Shown here one piece after another: positions 18,361 through 27,407 of a DNA stretch of 64,000 bases. The translations under genes were made by a program, and so were the position numbers. Origin of the DNA: Chitinophagaceae bacterium. GTDB taxonomy: Bacteria; Bacteroidota; Bacteroidia; Chitinophagales; Chitinophagaceae. Numbering within the stretch: the first letter of the stretch is position 1; each line of letters begins with the position of its first letter. The stretch is from the NCBI GenBank assembly GCA_036402175.1, contig DASWTK010000052.1, positions 4,146 through 68,145 of the forward strand, given 5' to 3'. Below the pieces are notes generated by a model. It did not search any database. It had not been told where the DNA came from and was given only the letters and a program-made list of their open reading frames with translations.

Positions 18361-19671
18361 CTAATCGAATCGCAGATTGGTCAATTCTTTGGTAAATGAA
18401 TAATTAAATCCGAGCAGACTGTCGAAACGCAGTGACTCCAGGTTGAATTGCAGCCTGGGATATTTCGATGTCCACTCATTAATGATCTCTTCTATTTCTT
18501 CCGTCACTTCTTCTTTTTCAATTTCCTTTCGTTCTGCATTATAATACGTTTTGCTGAACCCAAGCGCTTTAAAATAATCGTTATAATTTATATTCATATA
18601 CAACCTGACCAGGTCGGAAAGTGGTTTGGGCAGGCTGTATGAATACTGGCAGTATGTGATCCCATACTCCGCAATCTTGCTGGCGATGAAAGGATAATTG
18701 TTTTCCCTGTACCAGCTCAGGTTCTGATGTGCTGTTTTGATAGCGTCAACCACGGTCTTATAACTCTGTGGTGTTACAATGGAAAATGTATGCCTTGATC
18801 TGAACAGAAAAGGGAAAACCTGCTCCCTCGTTTTTGACTGAAGTTTGTGAAACGCTTCAATCATGCTGCGGTTCTTTTCCGCAACTGCTTTGTTATCCTT
18901 TTTAAAATAGATATCAGAAATCCCTTCCAGCTCATTCATTAGCGGACCTTCGGGTATGATCAGATAGTCGATACGGTAAACAAGCGTGAGTAGCAGGTAA
19001 GATATTCCTCCGGATAATTTATCCTGGTCAAGGGAGGCCGCATACTCCAGGACATCTCTGATCCATTTTTGCATGAACTGATACCGCACTTCTTTTTCCT
19101 GATCCGTGGGTTGAAGGATGTGCCCGGTATCTGTTGCTTCAAGAACGGCGAAGTTCTGCACCAGCAGGTCATCCTGCTTATCTGCCTTGGTGGCCAGCTC
19201 CCGCAGTCCGTAATACAATTTATTGGGTGTTGCAGTATTCAGATCTGTGTCGAAACGCATGCACAGGCTGTCGCCATTCAATGCGTAACGACTATAATAC
19301 AGATTAAAATTCATTTCAAGCAAACGGCGCATAACCGGTATCGCAGATCGCGGCATCCGGGCAAGCGTTACCTCGGCATTGAGATGCTTGTCGTCATAAG
19401 TTCCGCGAACGATCTTGGATCCCTGGTAAAGCTCAAACTTTCCCTTTTCGCCATTTCGCTCGTGCACTACATTCTGCTGCGTGTCGTCGAGCAGGTAATC
19501 GAAAAAGGCATCGAGGCATTCCTGTTTTTTGTTTTCACGGAACAGTTTTTCAGCTTCAGTCCATCGGGCAATTTTAGAAACGGTCTTGTTATTATCGGAA
19601 TATCTTCCAATTGCGACATCCGGATCATCTGCTTCTTTTTTTCTTGACCAGCCAAACAGCTTTCCTAACAT
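18361..19671 (-). CDS. Hypothetical protein with an N-terminal YbjN-like domain
   Basis: Long ORF, trimmed to MLGKLFGW (ATG at 19671). Residues ~60-190 are alignable to the C-terminal domain of the adjacent protease. Confidence 0.6.
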   Translation of the reverse strand: MLGKLFGWSRKKEADDPDVAIGRYSDNNKTVSKIARWTEAEKLFRENKKQECLDAFFDYLLDDTQQNVVHERNGEKGKFELYQGSKIVRGTYDDKHLNAEVTLARMPRSAIPVMRRLLEMNFNLYYSRYALNGDSLCMRFDTDLNTATPNKLYYGLRELATKADKQDDLLVQNFAVLEATDTGHILQPTDQEKEVRYQFMQKWIRDVLEYAASLDQDKLSGGISYLLLTLVYRIDYLIIPEGPLMNELEGISDIYFKKDNKAVAEKNRSMIEAFHKLQSKTREQVFPFLFRSRHTFSIVTPQSYKTVVDAIKTAHQNLSWYRENNYPFIASKIAEYGITYCQYSYSLPKPLSDLVRLYMNINYNDYFKALGFSKTYYNAERKEIEKEEVTEEIEEIINEWTSKYPRLQFNLESLRFDSLLGFNYSFTKELTNLRFD

Positions 19672-19769
19672 GCGATTGTATTTGCAATCTGGCAAGTTAC
19701 AAATTCTCTTCTTGTCAGGAGGGTGTGCATGACACATGAATTGTGTACATTGAAGGCACATTTTTTTTC

Positions 19770-20174
19770 ATGGCAAAAGAAAAAATCATCTACACCTGCG
19801 CCCGCTTAACAGGCATATTGTTGCTTGGCGCTACCGTTTTACATGCTACTCTTGGGACAGCCGAAGTGCTCACCGCAATTAAGACGGGAGACGTACGGGC
19901 AGGCATGGCTGATACTTTTCGTTCAGTCTGGATATTCAGTTCAATCATGCTTTTATTATCAGCCATCTGGACCTTATTTCTTGCTGGTGAACTGCGACTA
20001 TTGAAAAGAAGGGCCTGGTGGCAGGGTGTTTTTCTTGGATTGGGATATGCCGGCGGGGCAATAGCATGCATGGCGTTTGCAGGAATTCATGCGCACCTGG
20101 TTGCGTTTACTTTCACCGGACTTTTGCTGCTTGTTCCACTGATAGTGTGGGCGGGGTATTTTCGTGCTCTTTAA
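19770..20174 (+). CDS. Small integral membrane protein (4 predicted TM segments)
   Basis: Hydrophobic segments throughout; start taken at the ATG at 19770. Confidence 0.45.
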   Translation: MAKEKIIYTCARLTGILLLGATVLHATLGTAEVLTAIKTGDVRAGMADTFRSVWIFSSIMLLLSAIWTLFLAGELRLLKRRAWWQGVFLGLGYAGGAIACMAFAGIHAHLVAFTFTGLLLLVPLIVWAGYFRAL

Positions 20175-20265
20175 CATTAAATCCACCTTTTGCGCATACC
20201 GCTTTTAAGTAATATAAAAATCAGTAGTTTCGCCACTATTGCCTTAATAAATTGACCCTACATAT

Positions 20266-21381
20266 ATGAAGTTCATCGTTTCCTCTTCAGCCCTGCTTAA
20301 GCAACTGCAACAGATCAGCGGTGTTATCAATGCCAACACGGTTTTGCCTATCCTGGAAGATTTTTTGTTTGAAGTAGAAAAGAACAGGCTTACGGTTGTT
20401 GCAACCGATCTGGAAACTGTTATGAAAGTTCAGATGGATGTGGAGTCAAAAGAAAGCGGAAGGGTTTGTATACCTGCCAAGATCCTGATGGATTCGCTCA
20501 AGAACATAGCCGATCAGCCACTAACCTTCAATATAGATAAACATTTCGCTGTAGAGATCACTTCTGATAACGGAAAATACAAGGTAATGGGAGAGAATCC
20601 CGATAATTTTCCGAAAGAGCCTGTCGCGGATGATACCACTTCATTCAACATTTCTTCCACGGCTTTGCTTACCGCCATCAATAAAACCCTGTTCGCCGTT
20701 AGCAACGACGACCTGAGGCCGGCAATGACGGGAGTGTATTTTGAAATGGACAAAAAAGGCCTGCAGTTCGTTTCTACCGATGCGCACCGGCTGGTACGTT
20801 TTAAAAGAAAAGATGTAAGCTGTCCGAAGACCGATTCACTTATTGTTCCCAAGAAACCACTTAATCTTCTTAAATCAGCCCTGCCCGATAATGAAGATGA
20901 ACTGACGGTAAATTATAACAGCAATCATCTGTTTGTAACGCATGGCACAACACAGATGACCTGCCGGCTGATCGACGCCCGTTTCCCGGATTATAAAGTT
21001 GTGATCCCTTCTGATAACCCATATAAATTAACCGTCAGCAAAAATGACTTCCAGAGCGCGCTCCGCCGCGTGAGTGTGTTCAGCAACAAAAGCACCAACC
21101 AGGTAGTACTTAACATTACCGGCAGCGAATTGCAACTGGCAGCGCAGGATGTTGATTTCAGCTTTGAAGGAACCGAGCGCATGAAATGCCAGTACGATGG
21201 TGAAGATCTGCAGATTGCTTTCAATGCCCGCTTTCTCATAGAAATGCTGAACGCAACAGACAGCGATGAAGTCAGGGTTGAATTATCTACCTCCACCAAA
21301 GCCGGTATTATCAAACCAGTAGAGCAGGATGGAAATGAGGAGCTGCTGATGCTGGTAATGCCGCTGATGCTGAATAGTTAA
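20266..21381 (+). CDS. dnaN: DNA polymerase III beta sliding clamp
   Basis: MKFIVSSSALLKQLQ...LPILEDFLFE..., three-domain length (371 aa), C-terminal LLMLVMPLML. Confidence 0.9.
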   Translation: MKFIVSSSALLKQLQQISGVINANTVLPILEDFLFEVEKNRLTVVATDLETVMKVQMDVESKESGRVCIPAKILMDSLKNIADQPLTFNIDKHFAVEITSDNGKYKVMGENPDNFPKEPVADDTTSFNISSTALLTAINKTLFAVSNDDLRPAMTGVYFEMDKKGLQFVSTDAHRLVRFKRKDVSCPKTDSLIVPKKPLNLLKSALPDNEDELTVNYNSNHLFVTHGTTQMTCRLIDARFPDYKVVIPSDNPYKLTVSKNDFQSALRRVSVFSNKSTNQVVLNITGSELQLAAQDVDFSFEGTERMKCQYDGEDLQIAFNARFLIEMLNATDSDEVRVELSTSTKAGIIKPVEQDGNEELLMLVMPLMLNS

Positions 21382-21794
21382 TGAACTATATCTCTATCCG
21401 CTCCTTCGATAATTACCTGTACGCGAACATCCTCCTCAACCGTCTTAAAGATGAAGGATTTGATTGTTACCTCAAGGATGAGAATACAATCACTATCGAT
21501 CCGCTTTTAAGTCCGGCCATTGGTGGAATGAAGCTGATGGTACCTGAGCCCGAGGTTCCCAGGGCTAACGCTTTGCTTGAACAGATCGAGAATGAATATG
21601 TATCAACCATTCCCTGCCCCGGCTGCGGTCAGAAAACACTACAGCGACTAAGCAAGGCAGATGTGCCGAAAAATTTTTTCACCGCGCTTATTTACCAGCT
21701 TTTCATGGGAACAACCCGGAACGAAGAGCGGTTTTACAGGTGCAGCAATTGTGGTCTGAAGCTGAACGAACTGCCCGGTTTTAACGATGAATAA
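21381..21794 (+). CDS. DUF2007-like small protein with a C-terminal four-Cys ribbon
   Basis: N-terminal pattern SFDNYLYANILLNRLKDEGFDCYLKDEN; CPGCG...CSNCG; start overlaps the dnaN stop. Confidence 0.5.
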   Translation: MNYISIRSFDNYLYANILLNRLKDEGFDCYLKDENTITIDPLLSPAIGGMKLMVPEPEVPRANALLEQIENEYVSTIPCPGCGQKTLQRLSKADVPKNFFTALIYQLFMGTTRNEERFYRCSNCGLKLNELPGFNDE

Positions 21795-21857
21795 GCGCAC
21801 CCGCGTTGGTATCTTCCTCATTAAAATCGTAACTTGATCATTGAAACGTGGGCCTTA

Positions 21858-22718
21858 ATGAATGCTTTAGTAGATTTTTTTGAACACATTTCTCCCCTTA
21901 CCCGCTCTCTTCTCCTGGCTGGAGGACTGATGTTCTTTTGGATACTGGAAGGCGCCATTCCGCTTTTCCGGCTGCATTACCGGAAGATCCGTCATGCAGG
22001 CCTGAACCTGTTCTTCACTTTGACCACCGTAATTGTAAACTTCGCATTCGCATTACTGATAGTAGAAGCCAGTTCGGAAGTGACCGCCAGGCAGTTTGGA
22101 TTATTGTACCTGGTTCAACTACCCTTATGGCTTTTTATATTGCTGGGGCTGATGCTGCTTGACCTCATCAGCGCCTACTGGATCCATTTTATACAGCACA
22201 AAGTAAAATGGATGTGGAAGTTCCACCTGGTACATCATACCGACACCTGGGTGGATACCACAACGGCCAACCGCCACCATCCCGGCGAAAGCGTCTTTCG
22301 CGTATGCTTCACCCTGCTTGCCGTGATCGTTGCCGGTGCACCGCTATGGCTGGTATTCCTGTACCAGTCATTATCGGCCGCTTTTTCGCAGTTCAATCAC
22401 GCTAATATTCGAATGCCGCGCTGGATTGATCACGCCTTGAGCTATGTAATTGTTTCTCCCAATATGCACAAAGTGCATCACCATAATTCGCAACCGCTGA
22501 CTGATACTAACTATGGAAACATCTTCTCGATCTGGGACCGGTTGTTTGGTACTTTCGTTTATGTAAAAGATGTGAATACATTGCGATATGGTATCGATAC
22601 CCATCCTAATGAAGAAGAACACAACCGGGTGGGCAATCTGTTGAAAATACCTTTCCAGGAATACCGTGCCCCGGTTGGCAGCAAGTTCAGTGAAACATCC
22701 CCCAAACCCGAAAACTAA
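21858..22718 (+). CDS. Sterol desaturase / fatty-acid hydroxylase family membrane protein
   Basis: Histidine boxes HFIQH, HLVHH and HKVHHH; start taken at the ATG at 21858. Confidence 0.75.
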   Translation: MNALVDFFEHISPLTRSLLLAGGLMFFWILEGAIPLFRLHYRKIRHAGLNLFFTLTTVIVNFAFALLIVEASSEVTARQFGLLYLVQLPLWLFILLGLMLLDLISAYWIHFIQHKVKWMWKFHLVHHTDTWVDTTTANRHHPGESVFRVCFTLLAVIVAGAPLWLVFLYQSLSAAFSQFNHANIRMPRWIDHALSYVIVSPNMHKVHHHNSQPLTDTNYGNIFSIWDRLFGTFVYVKDVNTLRYGIDTHPNEEEHNRVGNLLKIPFQEYRAPVGSKFSETSPKPEN

Positions 22719-22723
22719 AGATC

Positions 22724-23809
22724 ATGCGACTCCTTTTTTCTGTTTTATTAATGCTGGGAGTGTCTGCCACTTTCAGTCAGTCAATGATTAAATTGGCCGA
22801 TTCGGTACGACGCGCCCGTGGAATTCCCGGCATTGGTTATGTTGTATTCAGTAAAGACAGCATCCTCGATAAGGGAGTGACTGGTTTCCGTAAATACCGT
22901 TCGCGCGATAGTCTTCAGATAACTGACCGCTTTCATATTGGCACCAACACTTTCGCGTTCACCGCATGGATCGCAGCAAGACTGGTAGAGACCGGTAAAA
23001 TAAAATGGACCACAACTTACACGCAGCTTTTTCCTCAGAATAAGACCAGGGTACAGGCTGCATTCCGTGACGTTGCCCTGAAGGATCTGCTGTCGAACCA
23101 GGCCGGCTTACCGCCTTACAGTAAGGTCGATGATTTTGCCCATGTGCCGCTTCTGGGTAACGACATCATCACCCAGCGGCGTGAATTTTCATCATGGGTA
23201 TTGCAAAGGCCAGGGCTAGAAGCAGACCGCAAGAATAAAACTGTGCTCTCTGTGGTTAGCTACGGTGTTGCCGCAAGCATGCTGGAAAAAGCAAGCGGCA
23301 AGTCGTGGGAAAAAATGCTCGATGAATTCATCAACAAACCATTGGGCATTTCTGCAATGATCGGCTGGCCGAACAAGATCTCCGAAGAGCAACCCGCCGG
23401 GCACTGGGCCCGTTATGGAGCGCTGGCTCCCGAACCTGCGGGCACATGGGTAAAGCCGCATCCCGCTATTATTCCCGCTTTCGATATCAATATCAGCATT
23501 ACAGATTATGCGAAGTTTCTGCAACAACACCTCAAAGGCCTGAGAGGCGATTCGGCTTACCTTTCGCCGAAGACATTTCAACTCATGCATTATGGTTTGC
23601 CCGATTATTCTCTGGGGTGGAACAATGCAATGATCAATAATTCCCGCATATCATTCCATACCGGCGAATCCCATCTTTTTGTAACCCAGGTTGAGCTGGT
23701 GCCCGGCAAAAACATCGGCATCCTGGTTGTTGGCAACAACGGAGAAAGCATGGGAAAGGGCGGTGTGATGAACCTCTGCAGGCTGTTAAGAGAACAGTAC
23801 ATGAAATAA
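22724..23809 (+). CDS. Beta-lactamase-fold (class C/esterase-like) protein with a degenerate catalytic motif
   Basis: Signal peptide. HIGTNTFAFTAW aligns to the canonical IASTGKTFTAV of the paralog at 35998-37434, with Ser->Thr and Lys->Phe. YSK replaces YSN. Confidence 0.7.
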   Translation: MRLLFSVLLMLGVSATFSQSMIKLADSVRRARGIPGIGYVVFSKDSILDKGVTGFRKYRSRDSLQITDRFHIGTNTFAFTAWIAARLVETGKIKWTTTYTQLFPQNKTRVQAAFRDVALKDLLSNQAGLPPYSKVDDFAHVPLLGNDIITQRREFSSWVLQRPGLEADRKNKTVLSVVSYGVAASMLEKASGKSWEKMLDEFINKPLGISAMIGWPNKISEEQPAGHWARYGALAPEPAGTWVKPHPAIIPAFDINISITDYAKFLQQHLKGLRGDSAYLSPKTFQLMHYGLPDYSLGWNNAMINNSRISFHTGESHLFVTQVELVPGKNIGILVVGNNGESMGKGGVMNLCRLLREQYMK

Positions 23810-23845
23810 ACGCCCTTACCTTCGCAGTTCTAAAAACCGCTACGA

Positions 23846-24568
23846 ATGAAAGAACGTGCTGTTGCGCTTATCCCCGCACGCTATGCCGCCACACGGTTCA
23901 GGGGCAAACTGATGGCCGACCTGGGTGGAAAAACCGTCATCACCAGAACTTTTGAATCAACCGTTGCTACTGGCCTGTTCGATGATGTGATCGTAGTAAC
24001 AGACAGCGATGTTATTTTTCAGGAAATAACCGGGCATGGCGGAAAAGCTGTCATGAGCAAAAAGGAGCATGAAAGCGGGAGCGACCGTATTGCAGAAGCT
24101 GCGGAGGACATGGATGCGGATATTGTTGTGAATGTGCAGGGCGACACGCCTTTCGTAAAGAAAGAACCCCTGGAAAAGTTGTTGCTTCAATTCAAGGATT
24201 CAACGGTGCAGGTTGGATCACTCATGCAGGAATTGAAAGAACAGCAGTTTATTGATGATCCCAATTATGTAAAAGTGGCGGTTGATAAAAACAACAACGC
24301 CCTTTTCTTTAGCAGAAGCGTGATCCCATACCCGCGCAACAAAAATAATTCTACTGTTTATTATGAGCACATTGGCGTGTACGCATTCCGCAAAGAGGCG
24401 TTGCTTAATTTCACTCGCTGGCCGGTAAGCCCGCTCGAGGATACTGAAAAAATTGAATGTCTTCGTTATCTCGAAAACGGTATTCCGATCAGAATGGTTA
24501 TTACAGATTATATGGGTGTTGAAATAGATACGCCGGAAGACCTGGAACGCGCCGCCGGATTATTGTGA
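23846..24568 (+). CDS. kdsB: 3-deoxy-manno-octulosonate cytidylyltransferase (CMP-Kdo synthetase)
   Basis: ALIPARYAATRFRGK, VNVQGD and HIGVYAF motifs. Confidence 0.85.
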   Translation: MKERAVALIPARYAATRFRGKLMADLGGKTVITRTFESTVATGLFDDVIVVTDSDVIFQEITGHGGKAVMSKKEHESGSDRIAEAAEDMDADIVVNVQGDTPFVKKEPLEKLLLQFKDSTVQVGSLMQELKEQQFIDDPNYVKVAVDKNNNALFFSRSVIPYPRNKNNSTVYYEHIGVYAFRKEALLNFTRWPVSPLEDTEKIECLRYLENGIPIRMVITDYMGVEIDTPEDLERAAGLL

Positions 24569-24629
24569 TAAGTCGTTACTGGTTACACTCGCCAATCAAA
24601 ACAAATTAACTTCGCAAAAATTTTAAAGG

Positions 24630-25706
24630 ATGTCAGGCTTCAGAAATTTCAAGATGATCGGTTACGTTGTATATGGCCGGGGCAGTTTTGATCAGTTGGC
24701 AGATATACTAAAGCCAAACAGGAAGTCCGGTGCGCCGATGGTGTTCCTGGTGGATCATTTTTTTAAAGACAAGCCCCTGGTGAATCGCATTCCTCTGGAA
24801 GGTAATGACAAGATCATCTTCGCTGATGTAACCTATGAGCCAAAGACTACTTATGTTGACTCGCTTGCAGGTGAGCTGAAACAGACTTTCGGTAATGTAA
24901 GCGGGATCATCGGAATCGGAGGCGGATCAACCATGGATCTTGCCAAAGCGGTTTCACTGATGATGAATAATCCCGGATCGTCGGCCGACTATCAGGGCTG
25001 GGATTTGGTCAAATTTCCCGGCGTTTACAAGGCCGGTATTCCAACCCTGAGCGGAACAGGCGCTGAGGTGAGTCGCACAACCGTGCTTACTGGTCCTACC
25101 AGGAAGCTGGGGATGAACTCCGACTTCACTCCCTTTGATCAGATAGTACTGGATCCTGCATTGACTTCAAACGCTCCGGTTAATCAGCGTTTTTATACAG
25201 GCATGGACTGCTATATACACTGCATCGAAAGCCTGCAGGGAACATTTCTGAATGAATTCAGTAAAAGCTATGGCGAAAAAGCGCTTGAGCTTTGCCGTGA
25301 GGTGTTCCTTAACAAGGATAACTGGGACGATGAGTGTGATGACAAACTCATGATGGCTTCATACGCGGGGGGAATGAGCATTGCTTATTCACAGGTAGGA
25401 GTAGCTCACGCCGTTAGTTATGGATTGAGTTATCTTCTTGGAACCAAACATGGTGTTGGCAATTGCATTGTCATGAACCATATTGAAGAATATTATCCCG
25501 AAGGTGTTGCCGAGTTCAGGCGTATGGTTGAGAAAAACAAAGTGGAGATACCACAGGGAATTTGCAAAGGTCTTACCGATGAGCAGTTTGATACCATGAT
25601 CAATGTTTCACTTGGCATGAAGCCATTATGGGAAAATGCGCTTGGAAAAGACTGGGAAAAGAAAATGACAAGGGATAAGCTCAGGCGGCTTTATGAGAAG
25701 CTCTAG
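24630..25706 (+). CDS. Iron-containing alcohol dehydrogenase family protein (KdnB-like, possible Kdo 8-oxidase)
   Basis: GIGGGSTMDLAKA nucleotide-binding motif and a His-rich metal site (CYIHCIES, VAHAVSYG); lies directly downstream of kdsB. Confidence 0.65.
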   Translation: MSGFRNFKMIGYVVYGRGSFDQLADILKPNRKSGAPMVFLVDHFFKDKPLVNRIPLEGNDKIIFADVTYEPKTTYVDSLAGELKQTFGNVSGIIGIGGGSTMDLAKAVSLMMNNPGSSADYQGWDLVKFPGVYKAGIPTLSGTGAEVSRTTVLTGPTRKLGMNSDFTPFDQIVLDPALTSNAPVNQRFYTGMDCYIHCIESLQGTFLNEFSKSYGEKALELCREVFLNKDNWDDECDDKLMMASYAGGMSIAYSQVGVAHAVSYGLSYLLGTKHGVGNCIVMNHIEEYYPEGVAEFRRMVEKNKVEIPQGICKGLTDEQFDTMINVSLGMKPLWENALGKDWEKKMTRDKLRRLYEKL

Positions 25707-25775
25707 CCCGTACATCAAATTTATTGGCATCATAACCGCCGTTTTCTTAACTTAATTATCCTAAATAATCCAGGT

Positions 25776-26495
25776 ATGAAAGCGGTTCTTGGCCTTATAA
25801 TGTTATGCTCAGTCTGCGCATACGGGCAGCGACGGGTGGATGTGGATGCAAATATGGATGTAACCCTTCAGCCTGGCGCCTTTTTCACTTCGGTCAATGG
25901 AATTCCGGCAGTCACCAACATTTATTACCGGGTGGTGGATGGTACGGCCTTTTTCAGAGATGAATGGCTTAAGGGATCGGTTTCAATTGAAAAGGGCAGA
26001 GAGTACCAGAACCTGACACTCAAGCTTGACCTTCTGGAAAATACATTATACTTCAAGGATGGCAAAGGGAATGAAATGGTTTGCACCACTCCCGTCAACG
26101 GCATTTCGCTGAAAGACCCCACACAGGGAAAAGTGTTTCGGTTTGCTCATATTAAATTTATTCCCGCCCTGGCTGAATTAAAACTGAATTGCTGGTTGGA
26201 AGTGCTGGCAAATGGACCTGTACAGTTATATTCCCAGTACAAAAAAACAGTTTCAGAGAGTCGCCCTTACGGCCAGGCTACACTGGAACAAAGGATACTA
26301 ACTACGAACCTGTACTACCTTGTTATTGACAACCGGATGGTCAAAGTGAAAAGAATTGCCGATATCGCAAAGGCGCTTCCATCCAACCAAACTGAAATTC
26401 AGGCGTGGCTTAAAGCCAATAATGTGGAAGACAAAAATCCATCAGACTTTGCCCGTTTAGTGGATTGGTACAACGGCCTTACCGCAAAGAACTGA
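25776..26495 (+). CDS. Secreted hypothetical protein (tandem paralog 1)
   Basis: Signal peptide; aligns along its whole length with the next gene product. Confidence 0.55.
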   Translation: MKAVLGLIMLCSVCAYGQRRVDVDANMDVTLQPGAFFTSVNGIPAVTNIYYRVVDGTAFFRDEWLKGSVSIEKGREYQNLTLKLDLLENTLYFKDGKGNEMVCTTPVNGISLKDPTQGKVFRFAHIKFIPALAELKLNCWLEVLANGPVQLYSQYKKTVSESRPYGQATLEQRILTTNLYYLVIDNRMVKVKRIADIAKALPSNQTEIQAWLKANNVEDKNPSDFARLVDWYNGLTAKN

Positions 26496-26602
26496 TACTG
26501 AAATCTCCGACTCAGCCACCGCATAGTGTACTTCAGTAATTAATATTCAGCCTTAAGCAAGCGTAATTGTTCTCCAAGTGGAATATTCATTATACTTCGG
26601 TA

Positions 26603-27319
26603 ATGAAACTCTTTTATTTTACTATGCTGTTCATGGCTCCCTTTATTGCAAATGGGCAGGGAAATGGCTTTGGAGCAGGTTTCAGCGAAGTGCAGAATGG
26701 GTATTCACGACTTGGATCATTTTTTAATGTAGTGAACAGCGAACCTGTTACCGCGCCAAATAATCCACGACAAATTGAGGGCAGCCCTTACTTCAGTGAA
26801 GTATGGATGAAAGGGATCATCACCCTGAATAACGGACAATCGTACAGCGGCAGCCAACTGAAAGTTGACCTCCTGAATACAAAGGTTATTTTCATTGATA
26901 ACGAAGGAAAACAAAAAGTCTGCAACAGTCCGGTCAATAAGATATTGCTGCTTGATACCACTACCGGTCAGGTGCATGCTTTTGTTCATTCCTTTGAACT
27001 GCCTATTAGTCTTGATCTTAAGGATTCTGCATGGCTGGAGATACTGCAGCCGGGTCGCACTCAGTTACTGAAGCATCATAAAAAAGAAATGGTTGAGGTT
27101 TCGTCTTACGCTTCGGTATCGGTTGACCGCATCAAGACGCAGCCGAGGTATTACCTGCAGCACGACAACCGGCTTTTTAAGGTAAACTCTTTCCGTGACC
27201 TGCGTGAAATTCTTAAATCGCACAACAAAGCGATTGAAGAATATATGAAAAAGACCAGGCCGCAATGGAAAGACGAATCGCATATCAGGAGCTTTGTGAG
27301 TTACATTAATACTTTGTAA
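26603..27319 (+). CDS. Secreted hypothetical protein (tandem paralog 2)
   Basis: Start at MKLFYFTMLFMAPFIANGQ (ATG at 26603). Shared blocks: W.KG....G..Y....LK.DLL......F.D..G....C..PVN and WLE.L..G..QL. Confidence 0.55.
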   Translation: MKLFYFTMLFMAPFIANGQGNGFGAGFSEVQNGYSRLGSFFNVVNSEPVTAPNNPRQIEGSPYFSEVWMKGIITLNNGQSYSGSQLKVDLLNTKVIFIDNEGKQKVCNSPVNKILLLDTTTGQVHAFVHSFELPISLDLKDSAWLEILQPGRTQLLKHHKKEMVEVSSYASVSVDRIKTQPRYYLQHDNRLFKVNSFRDLREILKSHNKAIEEYMKKTRPQWKDESHIRSFVSYINTL

Positions 27320-27407
27320 GGTTCAATAGTCCCATCACCACATTTTCCCCCACAGGCTTTCATCATTCGCCCGCTTTCCCTATCTTCCATGCAGCAACAA
27401 CTGCATC

